Part shown: one piece after another, positions 37,757 to 46,931 of the stretch
How positions within the stretch are numbered: position 1 is the stretch's first letter
How the letters are laid out: each line of letters begins with the position of its first letter
Source: Candidatus Omnitrophota bacterium
GTDB lineage: Bacteria; Omnitrophota; Gorgyraeia; Duberdicusellales; 4484-171
Reading direction: 5' to 3'
DNA length: 64,000 nucleotides
Assembly (NCBI GenBank): GCA_043823745.1
Contig: JBDRAN010000003.1
Coordinates: 2,958-66,957, forward strand
Position numbers and translations under genes: made by a program
The notes under the pieces: generated by a model
The model's input: the letters and a program-made list of their open reading frames with translations, nothing else
Told to the model about the DNA's origin: nothing
Database searches by the model: none

Positions 37757-38404
37757 ATGAAAGTAATTTCTTTGTGGAGCGGCGGCAAAGATAGTTGTTT
37801 TGCCTGTTATAAGGCAAAATTGCAGGGGTATCAAATAACCTCGGTCATTAATTTTACGAGCTCTGATGGAATCAATTCCGTATCACATGGTTTATCAGCC
37901 GATATTATACAAAGACAGGCAGACCTAATTGATATCCCTCTCTTACAAAAAGCTATGCCTCAAAAAGGCTACAGGAATGCATTTAAAGTATTATTTGAAG
38001 AACTTAAAGCAAAAGAAGGTGTAGAGGGAATTGTTTTCGGGGATATTTATTTACAGGAGCACAGGGATTGGATAGATAAAGTATGTGATGAATTAAAGGT
38101 AGAGGCGATTTTGCCGATATGGACAAAAGACACTGAGAGATTAGTTAAAGAAATTATCGATTCAGGATTTAAGTCAATTATAGTTTCGGCGAATAAAGAT
38201 ATTCTTGGAGAACAATGGTTAGGCCGTGAAATTAATAGCAGGTTTCTAAAAGACCTAAAGGCTATAGGAAATATAGATCTCTGCGGAGAAAAAGGCGAAT
38301 TCCATACATTTGTCTATGACGGCCCACTATTTAAGGAAAAGGTCAAATTTAATAAAGGCAATAAGACGTTGCGGGATAATCGATGGTTTTTGGAGGTTCT
38401 TTAA
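37757..38404 (+). CDS. PP-loop N-type ATP pyrophosphatase, Dph6/MJ0570 family
   Basis: SGGKDS PP-loop at residues 8-13 and the family motif GEFHTFV. Confidence 0.65.
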   Translation: MKVISLWSGGKDSCFACYKAKLQGYQITSVINFTSSDGINSVSHGLSADIIQRQADLIDIPLLQKAMPQKGYRNAFKVLFEELKAKEGVEGIVFGDIYLQEHRDWIDKVCDELKVEAILPIWTKDTERLVKEIIDSGFKSIIVSANKDILGEQWLGREINSRFLKDLKAIGNIDLCGEKGEFHTFVYDGPLFKEKVKFNKGNKTLRDNRWFLEVL

Positions 38405-39267
38405 TGAGAAAATCTGGTCTTCTTGTGCCGATCTTTTTTGCCGCATTCACGTTCCAGACCATATTCGTCGATGGTGCGTACGCTTCAGAAAACCATCCAA
38501 AAAAAATAATCTCTTTGGCACCATCCATAACCGAGGGGTTATATTTGCTGGGAGCGGAGAATATCCTTGTCGGCAATACGACTTACTGTGTGACTCCGCC
38601 TGCGGCGCGATACAAGGAAAAGGTCGGATCTATAACCAAGGTAGATTTAGAAAAGATCGTCGGATTAAAACCCGATTTGGTGTTGGCTACATCTCTTACA
38701 AATCCTAAAACGATTCAAAAGCTTAGAAGCTTAGGCATAGAAGTAAAATTATTTCCAGCGCCAAAAAATTTCACGTCTCTGTGTGATGAGTTTTTGGAAT
38801 TGGGCAAGGCGGTAGGCAGAGAGCCGGAGGCAAAGGAGATTGTCAAAGTGGCAGAGGGAAAGGTCGCTGAGATAAAGTCCAGGACTGCTACGCTTATGAA
38901 GCCGAAAGTTTTTATCGAAATTGGAACGAAACCTCTTTTTACCGCGAACAAGGACTATATCATCAATGATTTCGTGAAGCTGACCGGTGGAAAAAACATT
39001 GCCGAAGACTCGAAGATCGGCGTTTACAGCAAAGAAGAAGTTTTAAGAAATAATGTCGATGTAATACTCATCGTGACGATGGGTTTTGTGGGTGAGACGG
39101 AAAAAGAAGCGTGGCAGAAGTTTAAAATGTTGAATGCCGTAAAACACGATAGGATCTATATTATCGATTCGCAAAAGATATGCGGACCCACACCCGTGAC
39201 TTTTGCCAAAACCCTGGAAGAGATAAGTTTCCTCCTTCATCCGGAGCTATTGAAGAAGAAAAGATGA
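38404..39267 (+). CDS. btuF: Periplasmic corrinoid-binding protein of ABC transporter (BtuF/TroA-like)
   Basis: Signal peptide and a cluster-A SBP fold, in a btuCD context. Confidence 0.75.
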   Translation: MRKSGLLVPIFFAAFTFQTIFVDGAYASENHPKKIISLAPSITEGLYLLGAENILVGNTTYCVTPPAARYKEKVGSITKVDLEKIVGLKPDLVLATSLTNPKTIQKLRSLGIEVKLFPAPKNFTSLCDEFLELGKAVGREPEAKEIVKVAEGKVAEIKSRTATLMKPKVFIEIGTKPLFTANKDYIINDFVKLTGGKNIAEDSKIGVYSKEEVLRNNVDVILIVTMGFVGETEKEAWQKFKMLNAVKHDRIYIIDSQKICGPTPVTFAKTLEEISFLLHPELLKKKR

Positions 39268-40274
39268 ATAAGAGAACAATACGCTGGACAACACAGATAC
39301 TAATATTGGGAGGAGCGCTTTTTCTTATAGCGGCGCTGTCATTATGTCTGGGTTCTGCCGCTTTATCGGTTCAGACAGTCATCCGTTCTATTTTTAGTGG
39401 TTACAATACTACAGAATCTAATATTCTTTTTGAAATCCGCCTGCCGCGTATCATTTTGGGGTTTGCCATTGGCGGCGCGTTAAGCCTGGCTGGTGTTATT
39501 CTGCAAGGGCTTTTCCGAAATCCATTGGTAGAACCATATACAATGGGTATTTCCGGGGGAGCGGCTTTGGGAGTTAGCTTGGCCATTATCTTAAAATTAT
39601 ATCAGTCGATGGGTCTAGCGACATTACCGTTTGCCGGTTTTTTGGGAGCGGCTCTCGTTATTATGCTGATATACGCTATAAACATCAGAAAAAAGACGTT
39701 AAAGATACAGGGCCTGCTTCTGACTGGTGTTATGATAAGTTTCATATCATCGTCTTTTATAATGCTTATTATGGCTATTTCGCGTACTGAGGATCTTCAC
39801 GGCATTGTCTTTTGGATAATGGGTTCCCTGGAAGAACCAAGCTGGTTTCTTATAAAATTAATGCTCTTTACGTCTTTAGCGGGATTAGCCGTGTCGTATA
39901 TCTTCTGGAAGGACCTAAACGCGTTACGTTTGGGAGAAGAGGAAGCCGTGCATCTGGGAATCAATACGGAAAGAGCAAAAAGAGCGCTTTTTGTGCTGGC
40001 ATCGCTCCTTACCGGATGTGCTGTTTCTGTTGGCGGAATTATCGGTTTTGTCGGTTTGATTATTCCGCATCTTATGCGTATGTTTATAGGTTCTGATCAT
40101 AGGGCCCTTCTGGTGGGCTCATTTTTAGGCGGAGCGGGTTTTCTCATCTTCTGCGATACTTTGGCTAGGATAATTGTCACGCCTTCCGAGTTGCCCGTAG
40201 GTGTAATTACCGGCATATTAGGAGGAAGTTTCTTTATTTACGCTTTAACTAAGAGGGGAAAATCGATTGCTTGA
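39264..40274 (+). CDS. btuC: ABC permease, FecCD/BtuC family
   Basis: Nine to ten TM helices and FecCD-family motifs. Confidence 0.85.
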   Translation: MNKRTIRWTTQILILGGALFLIAALSLCLGSAALSVQTVIRSIFSGYNTTESNILFEIRLPRIILGFAIGGALSLAGVILQGLFRNPLVEPYTMGISGGAALGVSLAIILKLYQSMGLATLPFAGFLGAALVIMLIYAINIRKKTLKIQGLLLTGVMISFISSSFIMLIMAISRTEDLHGIVFWIMGSLEEPSWFLIKLMLFTSLAGLAVSYIFWKDLNALRLGEEEAVHLGINTERAKRALFVLASLLTGCAVSVGGIIGFVGLIIPHLMRMFIGSDHRALLVGSFLGGAGFLIFCDTLARIIVTPSELPVGVITGILGGSFFIYALTKRGKSIA

Positions 40275-41070
40275 AATAAAGGATTTGACGTGCGGTTACG
40301 ATAAGAGATTTCATCTTAGAGGGATAAATCTCGTGATTGAAGAAGGCGGTTTCTTCGGAATAATAGGGCCGAATGGATCCGGTAAAACAACGCTTTTGCG
40401 GGCTATAACGCGTGTCCTTGAGCCGGAAAGCGGAGAAGTGTTTCTTAGGGGAAAAAACATAAGGCAGATAGATTTTAGGGAGCTGGCGAGAACGATAGCG
40501 GTTGTTTCTCAGAACGTCTCTACTGATGAGCTCAACGTAAGGGAGTTCGTTCTTCTTTCGAGAATACCTCATTATAAAGGCCTTCAGTTTCTAGAGACAA
40601 AACACGATGAAGAGATCGCAGACAGGGCGATGGCCCTAACAGACACGCTTAAATTTAAAGATAGGTTGATGTCACAGATAAGCGGAGGCGAAAGGCAGCT
40701 TGTCCTTATCGCGCGCGCTTTGGCGCAAGAGCCGAAATTCCTTCTTCTGGATGAACCCACATCGCATCTTGACATAACGCATCAGGTTCGCATTCTCGAT
40801 CTCTTAAAAAAATTAAATAAAGAATTATCCCTTACCGTGATAATAGTTTTGCATGATTTGAATCTTGCCAGTGAATATTGTGACAGGATAGCGCTTCTAT
40901 CTGGTGGTGCCGTTTATAAAGAAGGTCTGCCGCAAGATGTCTTGGATTACAAGACTATCGAAAATGTTTATAAGACCGTAGTCGTTGTGGAGAAGAATCC
41001 GGTTTCCTCAAAGCCTTATGTCCTTCTCGTTTCTGAAGAAGAGAGAGAAAAACGAAGAAAAAAACAATGA
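40267..41070 (+). CDS. btuD: ABC ATPase, BtuD/FecE family
   Basis: Walker A GPNGSGKTT, ABC signature LSGGERQ and Walker B LLLDEP. TTG start. Confidence 0.85.
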   Translation: MLEIKDLTCGYDKRFHLRGINLVIEEGGFFGIIGPNGSGKTTLLRAITRVLEPESGEVFLRGKNIRQIDFRELARTIAVVSQNVSTDELNVREFVLLSRIPHYKGLQFLETKHDEEIADRAMALTDTLKFKDRLMSQISGGERQLVLIARALAQEPKFLLLDEPTSHLDITHQVRILDLLKKLNKELSLTVIIVLHDLNLASEYCDRIALLSGGAVYKEGLPQDVLDYKTIENVYKTVVVVEKNPVSSKPYVLLVSEEEREKRRKKQ

Positions 41071-41594
41071 GGCAGGGATTAATCCAGATTTATACGGGCG
41101 ATGGGAAAGGAAAGACTACTGCAGCGGTCGGCCTTGCCGTGCGGGCACGAGGACACAATTTTAAGGTTGGGTATATTTTCTTTTTTAAGGATCCTAAAAA
41201 GTTTGGGTACGCTGAAATCAGGCTTTTAAAGAAGCTGGGAGTAAAGGTCTTTGGTTTTTCTCATAAGCATCCGCATTTTTACAAGAATCTCGGCTCAAAC
41301 AGCGTACGCCGCGAATGCCTAAAGGGAATGAACTTCATCAAAAAGATATGCCACGCGGGAAGCTACGATCTTCTTATCCTTGACGAGATACTTATTGCTC
41401 TGCGCGACGGATTCCTGAGCGAAAATGAAATACTTGAGATCATGACGTTAAAGCCTCCCGACATGGAGTTGGTTATGACCGGCAGAGGCGCTACAGGCAA
41501 CATCATTAAGAAAGCGGATTTGGTGAGCGTCATTGAGAAAAAAAAGCATTATCTTGATAAAGGAGTAACAAAGAGGAAAGGTATTGAGTTTTAA
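41067..41594 (+). CDS. cobO: Cob(I)yrinic acid a,c-diamide adenosyltransferase
   Basis: IQIYTGDGKGKTTAAVG signature of CobA/CobO/BtuR. Confidence 0.85.
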   Translation: MRQGLIQIYTGDGKGKTTAAVGLAVRARGHNFKVGYIFFFKDPKKFGYAEIRLLKKLGVKVFGFSHKHPHFYKNLGSNSVRRECLKGMNFIKKICHAGSYDLLILDEILIALRDGFLSENEILEIMTLKPPDMELVMTGRGATGNIIKKADLVSVIEKKKHYLDKGVTKRKGIEF

Positions 41595-41689
41595 TAATGA
41601 AACAAACCGATAAAAGGAGGAGAAGGGAAGGATTTTTCTGAGGTATTGATTGCAGCGCATGGGTGTAATACACCGTATGAAAAAATTAT

Positions 41690-41815
41690 CCAGAATCTGT
41701 CCGGATAGACAAAGGAATTGGAGGTGCGATCCCTTTGGCTGCCCCGCAACGGTAATCTTCGGTTAATTCCCGAAGGAGCCCGGTCGATTGTCTATAGCGG
41801 AAGTATTCTCGAGGG
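41690..41815 (+). promoter_or_regulatory. Cobalamin riboswitch #2 (upstream of btuB)
   Basis: AAAGGAA..GGAGGTGCGATCC..GGCTGCCCCGCAACGGTAA matches the B12-element core. Confidence 0.6.
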
Positions 41816-41824
41816 AGAAGAATT

Positions 41825-43831
41825 ATGAAAAAAAGAATATTTATTTTAGTTGGAATGCTAATAGTGGCCACAACCACCGGCGTCTGCGCCGAAGAGAACA
41901 GATTTATTTATAACAAAGCCATTGAATTGAAGCCGATAACGGTGACTGTGTCAAGAACAGCGAGAACGATATCAGAGTCGCCGGCAAGCGTGAGCATTGT
42001 TACTAACCGCGATATAGCGCAGACTAATGCGAAGAGCGTGGCTGACTTGCTGAAAAGTATCGAAGGAATATATATGTATGATCCTTCCGGAGTCGGAGCT
42101 ACCGGGGCAGTGGTCAATATGCGCGGTTTTTATGGCGGCATGTCGAGCCATCAACTCGTGTTAGTAGACGGAATACCGCAAAATAAAGGCAAAGACAAGC
42201 TGATTGATTGGGATTTGCTTTCTATGGATAACATAGAGAGTATCGAGATTGTACGCGGGCCTGCCTCCGCTTTGTACGGAGATAATGCCATGTCCGGCGT
42301 AATAAATATTATTACCAAGAAGCCGAAGGATAAGCCTGAGTCAAAATTTCTCGCTTCTTATGGAAGTTTTAATACCCAGGAGTACGAGACGTCAACTTTG
42401 GGGACGTACAAGCAACTCGGGTATTTTATGGGAGCAAGTTATAAAACCAGCGATGGGTTTCGCAGACATGGTGATTATGACAAGACGCATGTTGGCGGGA
42501 AGTTAGACTACACGATTAATGATGCTCAGGCTTTAAAACTGTCGTTAGATTATTCCCAAAAAGAAAGAGGTGCTCTTTCGTGGGCATTGACTGAAGCTCA
42601 GATTGCGCAGGACCGTCGTCAAGCGCGCCCGGGTACCAAAAATGATAAAAGCGAAGAAACGAAAGGTGACGTAAGCATTGTGCACGCCTGGGATGTAAGT
42701 GACCAGGTAAACACAGAAGCGACATTTTATTATAAATACGACGATGCAAATTCGTTTTACACAAGCGGTTCCGCTGAAAGCACAAAGAGAGAGCAGCTTG
42801 ATGATGAAGATGTCTATGGCCTCTTACTGAAAGGCGGCTTAAAGCAAGAGATTCTAGGCTTACGGCATGAATTTACCGGAGGGGTTGATCTTGAAAGAGA
42901 TAATTTTGATTACGAGGAATATAATGCGCCGTATCAACAAAGAGGATCGCTGCGCAGTGATTACGAGGTAAGAAGAGATAAAATTGGTCCTTTTCTACAA
43001 GATGAAATTAAGCTTATCGATCCTTTGCGTCTTATTGCCGGGGTAAGGTATGATCGGGTTAATTTTGATTTTGACGATAAGAGAACTCTCGTTAACTCAA
43101 AGAAAGAAAAGATGTCTAAAGTAACTCCACGATGCGGCATGGTATATATGTATCAAAGAGACTCAAGCCTCTATGTAAACTATGCTCAGGCTTTCAGAAC
43201 CCCGACAATAGGGCAGATGTTTACGTACGCCAGCTCAGCTAATCCCGATTTAAAACCAGAAGATGCGACAAACTATGAAATCGGATTGCATCACCGCATT
43301 AGCGAGCTCTTGAGGACAAACGTTAGCTTTTACTGGATGGAGCTGGATAATGAAATCTGGTATGATTATGCTACCAATAAATATCAGAATTATGGCAAGA
43401 CATCACATAAAGGTATAGAAACGAGTTTAGATTTTAAAATAGTTAAATGGTTATCGGGTTTTGCGAATTACACCTATTCGCGGGCAAAAAACAAAGCCGG
43501 AAGTTATAGCGGGAAATATCTGACCAATATCCCCATGCACAAGGCAAGTTCAGGATTACATTGCACCAGCAAGTTCGGGTTGAGTTGGGATTTAGCCGTT
43601 ACCTATGTTGGCAGCTCCTATATCGATTCGACAAACAACAACAAACTTTCAAGTTTTACTACGGCAGATACTAAAGTAAGCTATGAATATAAAGCAATGA
43701 ATGTTTTCTTAGCAATCGATAATCTGTTTGCTAAAAAATTCAATTCGTATGGCTTTGTAAGCGGTAATACGAAATATTTTAATCCGGCTCCGGAAAGAAC
43801 ATTCACGTTAGGGGCCGAAGTTAAATTTTAG
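41825..43831 (+). CDS. btuB: TonB-dependent outer-membrane receptor, probable corrinoid receptor
   Basis: Signal peptide, plug and barrel, terminal ...AEVKF. Sits behind a cobalamin riboswitch. Confidence 0.8.
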   Translation: MKKRIFILVGMLIVATTTGVCAEENRFIYNKAIELKPITVTVSRTARTISESPASVSIVTNRDIAQTNAKSVADLLKSIEGIYMYDPSGVGATGAVVNMRGFYGGMSSHQLVLVDGIPQNKGKDKLIDWDLLSMDNIESIEIVRGPASALYGDNAMSGVINIITKKPKDKPESKFLASYGSFNTQEYETSTLGTYKQLGYFMGASYKTSDGFRRHGDYDKTHVGGKLDYTINDAQALKLSLDYSQKERGALSWALTEAQIAQDRRQARPGTKNDKSEETKGDVSIVHAWDVSDQVNTEATFYYKYDDANSFYTSGSAESTKREQLDDEDVYGLLLKGGLKQEILGLRHEFTGGVDLERDNFDYEEYNAPYQQRGSLRSDYEVRRDKIGPFLQDEIKLIDPLRLIAGVRYDRVNFDFDDKRTLVNSKKEKMSKVTPRCGMVYMYQRDSSLYVNYAQAFRTPTIGQMFTYASSANPDLKPEDATNYEIGLHHRISELLRTNVSFYWMELDNEIWYDYATNKYQNYGKTSHKGIETSLDFKIVKWLSGFANYTYSRAKNKAGSYSGKYLTNIPMHKASSGLHCTSKFGLSWDLAVTYVGSSYIDSTNNNKLSSFTTADTKVSYEYKAMNVFLAIDNLFAKKFNSYGFVSGNTKYFNPAPERTFTLGAEVKF

Positions 43832-43959
43832 GCTAACAATAATGAGAAAGCAGGCCATGAATACTACCTCATGCCCGGTTTAACGCTGACCAACGGAATA
43901 AGGCTGGAGTTCTAGATGCCCCGCCTTATCACAATTCTCAACTTTTGCGGTTCTTTTTC

Positions 43960-43990
43960 GCGTGTTTTACTTGCTATCTTTACGTGTTAT
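43960..43990 (+). promoter_or_regulatory. Extended -10 promoter (TGATATAAT) upstream of the anti-sigma gene
   Basis: ttacttgctatctttacgtgttatgatataat. Confidence 0.4.
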
Positions 43991-44017
43991 GATATAATTT
44001 TGGAATAACGATTAATC

Positions 44018-44329
44018 ATGAATTGCGAGGAAGTTAAAGCAATTATCCCTGCTTACATTAATCACAGCGCTTCCGAAAAGGACATTGGAAGTGTTGAGGA
44101 GCATCTGTGTATTTGCAATGACTGCCGGCAATTTTTAAGCCAAACGATCGACAAACAACCTCATTACCCGCCGCCCAAGGAAACCCCCGTCGTGGCACAC
44201 GAATCACCCGTGGAAGAAGAAACCCCAAAGGCGACAACGGCAAGTAAAATCGGAGTATGGGAATATACGATTTTAGGCGTGGGGGTTCTGGTGCTTGGTT
44301 TCTTTATCTATCTTTTCATAAAAGGCTAA
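44018..44329 (+). CDS. zf-HC2-type anti-sigma factor with C-terminal TM anchor (orphan)
   Basis: N-terminal MNCEEVKAIIPAYIN...HLCICNDC (HxxxCxxC) and a C-terminal hydrophobic helix. Confidence 0.55.
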   Translation: MNCEEVKAIIPAYINHSASEKDIGSVEEHLCICNDCRQFLSQTIDKQPHYPPPKETPVVAHESPVEEETPKATTASKIGVWEYTILGVGVLVLGFFIYLFIKG

Positions 44330-44336
44330 AATCACG

Positions 44337-45083
44337 ATGAAATTTCTACTTTTTGGAATACTGCAGGGGCTTACTGAATTTTTGCCTGTTAGTAGTTCAG
44401 GCCACCTGTATTTACTTAAAAGAATCATTGGGGAGCAAGCAAACCTTTTTGCTTTTTTCATCCTGCTGCATGCGGCAACGCTTGCGGCAACAATTATTTT
44501 CTTCTTTAAACAAATCATCTCACTCTGCGCCAAAAAGCGCCTCTTGCTTCAGATTGCAGTTATTACTGCCGTAACCGGAACCATGGGCCTGGCCATCAAG
44601 CACTTCTTTGAGCCCTGGTTTGACAAAAAGATTCTCTTATCCGGCTGCATCCTGACAAACGCGCTCATCCTTTTTTCGGCGCGACCAACCAACGATTCAC
44701 CTAAAAAAACAGCTGAAACTATGACCGTAAAAGATTCGCTTCTTATCGGCCTCATGCAAGGCATATCCGCATTTCCGGGCATATCGCGATCAGGAAGCAC
44801 CATAACCGCTTTCTTGCGCCGGGGCTTCGCGCCGCAGGAAGCGTTTACCTTATCATTTGTCGCTTCGATACCGGTAATTCTGGCCGCGTTTATTCTTGAA
44901 ATAAAAGAACTTCCCAATCTTACCGTACACACCGGCACAAAAGGAATTATCGCCGGTTGCCTTGCCGCAGCCGCCACCGGCCTGCTTGCGCTGATCGTAC
45001 TCAAGCGCCTCGTGGTTAATGCGCGCTTTAAAAACTTTTCATATTATTGTTTTACACTTTTTATCATAAGTTTATTCCTATGA
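44337..45083 (+). CDS. uppP: Undecaprenyl-diphosphatase
   Basis: UppP/BacA signature LTEFLPVSSSGH and eight TM helices. Confidence 0.9.
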   Translation: MKFLLFGILQGLTEFLPVSSSGHLYLLKRIIGEQANLFAFFILLHAATLAATIIFFFKQIISLCAKKRLLLQIAVITAVTGTMGLAIKHFFEPWFDKKILLSGCILTNALILFSARPTNDSPKKTAETMTVKDSLLIGLMQGISAFPGISRSGSTITAFLRRGFAPQEAFTLSFVASIPVILAAFILEIKELPNLTVHTGTKGIIAGCLAAAATGLLALIVLKRLVVNARFKNFSYYCFTLFIISLFL

Positions 45084-45799
45084 AGATCAATATTCGCACC
45101 AAAGACAACATTGTCATACTTGACCTTGAAGGTAATATCGATATTAACTCTTCTGAATTCATCGAAACCGTCGGCTGGTCTTTAGTGACCAAATCAAAGA
45201 ATGTTCTCTGTAATTTCGAAGGAGTTAATCTCATTGATTATGTGGGTATTTCGATTATCGCCGTTGCCTATAAAAACGTTTTAAACCATAAGGGGCAACT
45301 TAAAATCTACAATGTTCCCACCCATGTGCGTAAACTCTTTTCAATCGTAGGCCTTGACCGGGTATTTGATTACTTTGAAAGCGAAGAGCTTGGCTTAAAA
45401 AGCTTCCGGGAAGAAAACACCTTTGCCGCCATCATCAATAAACACCTGCGCCGGCGCTTCAAACGCATCCCCTGTAAGGGCAACATCGAATATAGACAGA
45501 AGTTTTCAGCCCGTGGCGGCACCCACCGGGGAAAAATTATCAATTTAAGCGCAATCGGAGTTTTTATTATCGCCGATAAATTATTTCCGATCGGGGAAAT
45601 ACTGACCGTCAAACTTGAACTTACCTCAACCCCCGGCATCATCGAGGTTGATGCTAAAGTGGTCTGGGTGGCAGATCAAGAGATACAGCCCCTTGAATCA
45701 CCGGCAATGGGCTTTGAATTTTATAATATTGATCTCGGAAAACAGGATCAAATCATCCAATTTGTCGAAAAAAATCTTGCTTCAAGCGGCCTTGAGTGA
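45080..45799 (+). CDS. STAS (anti-sigma-factor antagonist) domain fused to a PilZ c-di-GMP-binding domain
   Basis: SpoIIAA-like N-terminal domain. The C-terminal domain has PilZ motifs RRRFKR (RxxxR) and NLSAIGVF (D/NxSxxG). ATG 45080 overlaps the uppP stop. Confidence 0.65.
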   Translation: MKINIRTKDNIVILDLEGNIDINSSEFIETVGWSLVTKSKNVLCNFEGVNLIDYVGISIIAVAYKNVLNHKGQLKIYNVPTHVRKLFSIVGLDRVFDYFESEELGLKSFREENTFAAIINKHLRRRFKRIPCKGNIEYRQKFSARGGTHRGKIINLSAIGVFIIADKLFPIGEILTVKLELTSTPGIIEVDAKVVWVADQEIQPLESPAMGFEFYNIDLGKQDQIIQFVEKNLASSGLE

Positions 45800-45811
45800 A
45801 ATAATGCCTTT

Positions 45812-46195
45812 ATGATTACAGCAAAAACACTCCTTACAAGAACGTTCGTACTAATCCTCTTGGTAGTGACGCTGTCCGGATGCGGAGGACGCATCGGCGC
45901 GCTTCTGGACCTTGGCGCCAATGAAAAACTGAAACGTAAAACCGTACGGGAAGAAACCGAAAGCTACGAAGCGATAAAAAAAGCTCTGCTACAAGGTTCC
46001 CTCAAAAAAGACATGACGCACGCAGAGGTTCTGCGCCGGTATGGCAGGCCCGTGTTAACCTACCCTGAACGTGACGGCAGCACGCGCCTGGTATACAAAG
46101 CTACCGCGAGCGACTGGATTAAAGGGGAAAAGATATACCTTTTTTTTGAGCCGCGCAATACGTTCGTGCGCGCCGAGTGTGTTAATTGCTCTTAA
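45812..46195 (+). CDS. Lipoprotein, hypothetical
   Basis: Signal peptide with LSGC lipobox. Confidence 0.5.
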   Translation: MITAKTLLTRTFVLILLVVTLSGCGGRIGALLDLGANEKLKRKTVREETESYEAIKKALLQGSLKKDMTHAEVLRRYGRPVLTYPERDGSTRLVYKATASDWIKGEKIYLFFEPRNTFVRAECVNCS

Positions 46196-46210
46196 CGAAA
46201 TTCGCGCCCC

Positions 46211-46684
46211 ATGTTTTCAAAAGCAATAGCTCACATAACGTCGATCCTTACACATCACGAATTTATCCATGTGGGAACCTGTGATTTTTCCGGCCGCCCC
46301 AATGTTGCGCCAAAATTCTTTCTGGTAATACATAAAAAAAATCTCGTCCTTGTTGACTACACTATCGGGAAAACCTATGTCAACTTACAAAAAAACCCGT
46401 CAGCCTCCTTAGGAATCATGGATCTTGAAACCTTAACCGGCTATCAAGTTAACGGCCCTGCCAGCCTTATTGAGAGGGGACTCCGCTACCGCACGCTTCT
46501 TGCAGTGCTTGAAAAAAGAAAAATGAATTTCTCGGTCCGGCGTATTGCCGAAGGCGTTCGCGCTGAAAAAAAGCATACGGGCCTGGAGCTAGAATTCCCG
46601 ACGCGTGTTGTTTTTTACCGAATAGCGATAAAAGAAATTGTAACCATTGGCCCAAAAGGTACTCTGAATAGAAAACACGTTTAA
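46211..46684 (+). CDS. Pyridoxamine 5'-phosphate oxidase-like FMN-binding split-barrel protein
   Basis: Size and sequence pattern match the PNPOx-like family. Weak. Confidence 0.45.
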   Translation: MFSKAIAHITSILTHHEFIHVGTCDFSGRPNVAPKFFLVIHKKNLVLVDYTIGKTYVNLQKNPSASLGIMDLETLTGYQVNGPASLIERGLRYRTLLAVLEKRKMNFSVRRIAEGVRAEKKHTGLELEFPTRVVFYRIAIKEIVTIGPKGTLNRKHV

Positions 46685-46711
46685 TGTAGATAACCAAAAA
46701 AGGGGGGTACG

Positions 46712-46912
46712 ATGAAGATCAGTGTCAGCCGGATTAAAATCTTTCGGATCAAAAACCGACGCGGCTATGCAGCGCTCTGCCAGAGCCATCTCACCGAAGG
46801 AAAAACGATCTTTGAGGCTTACGCTCGAATGCTTAAGGCGTTACGCCGCTCGAAGGTAACCGTTACCGGAAACCTGACTAATATCAAACGCCTTCTGGTG
46901 TCCATGGATTAG
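46712..46912 (+). CDS. Small hypothetical protein (66 aa)
   Basis: Strong RBS GGGGGG precedes the ATG. Confidence 0.4.
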   Translation: MKISVSRIKIFRIKNRRGYAALCQSHLTEGKTIFEAYARMLKALRRSKVTVTGNLTNIKRLLVSMD

Positions 46913-46931
46913 CAAGATCGATCAACTGCCC

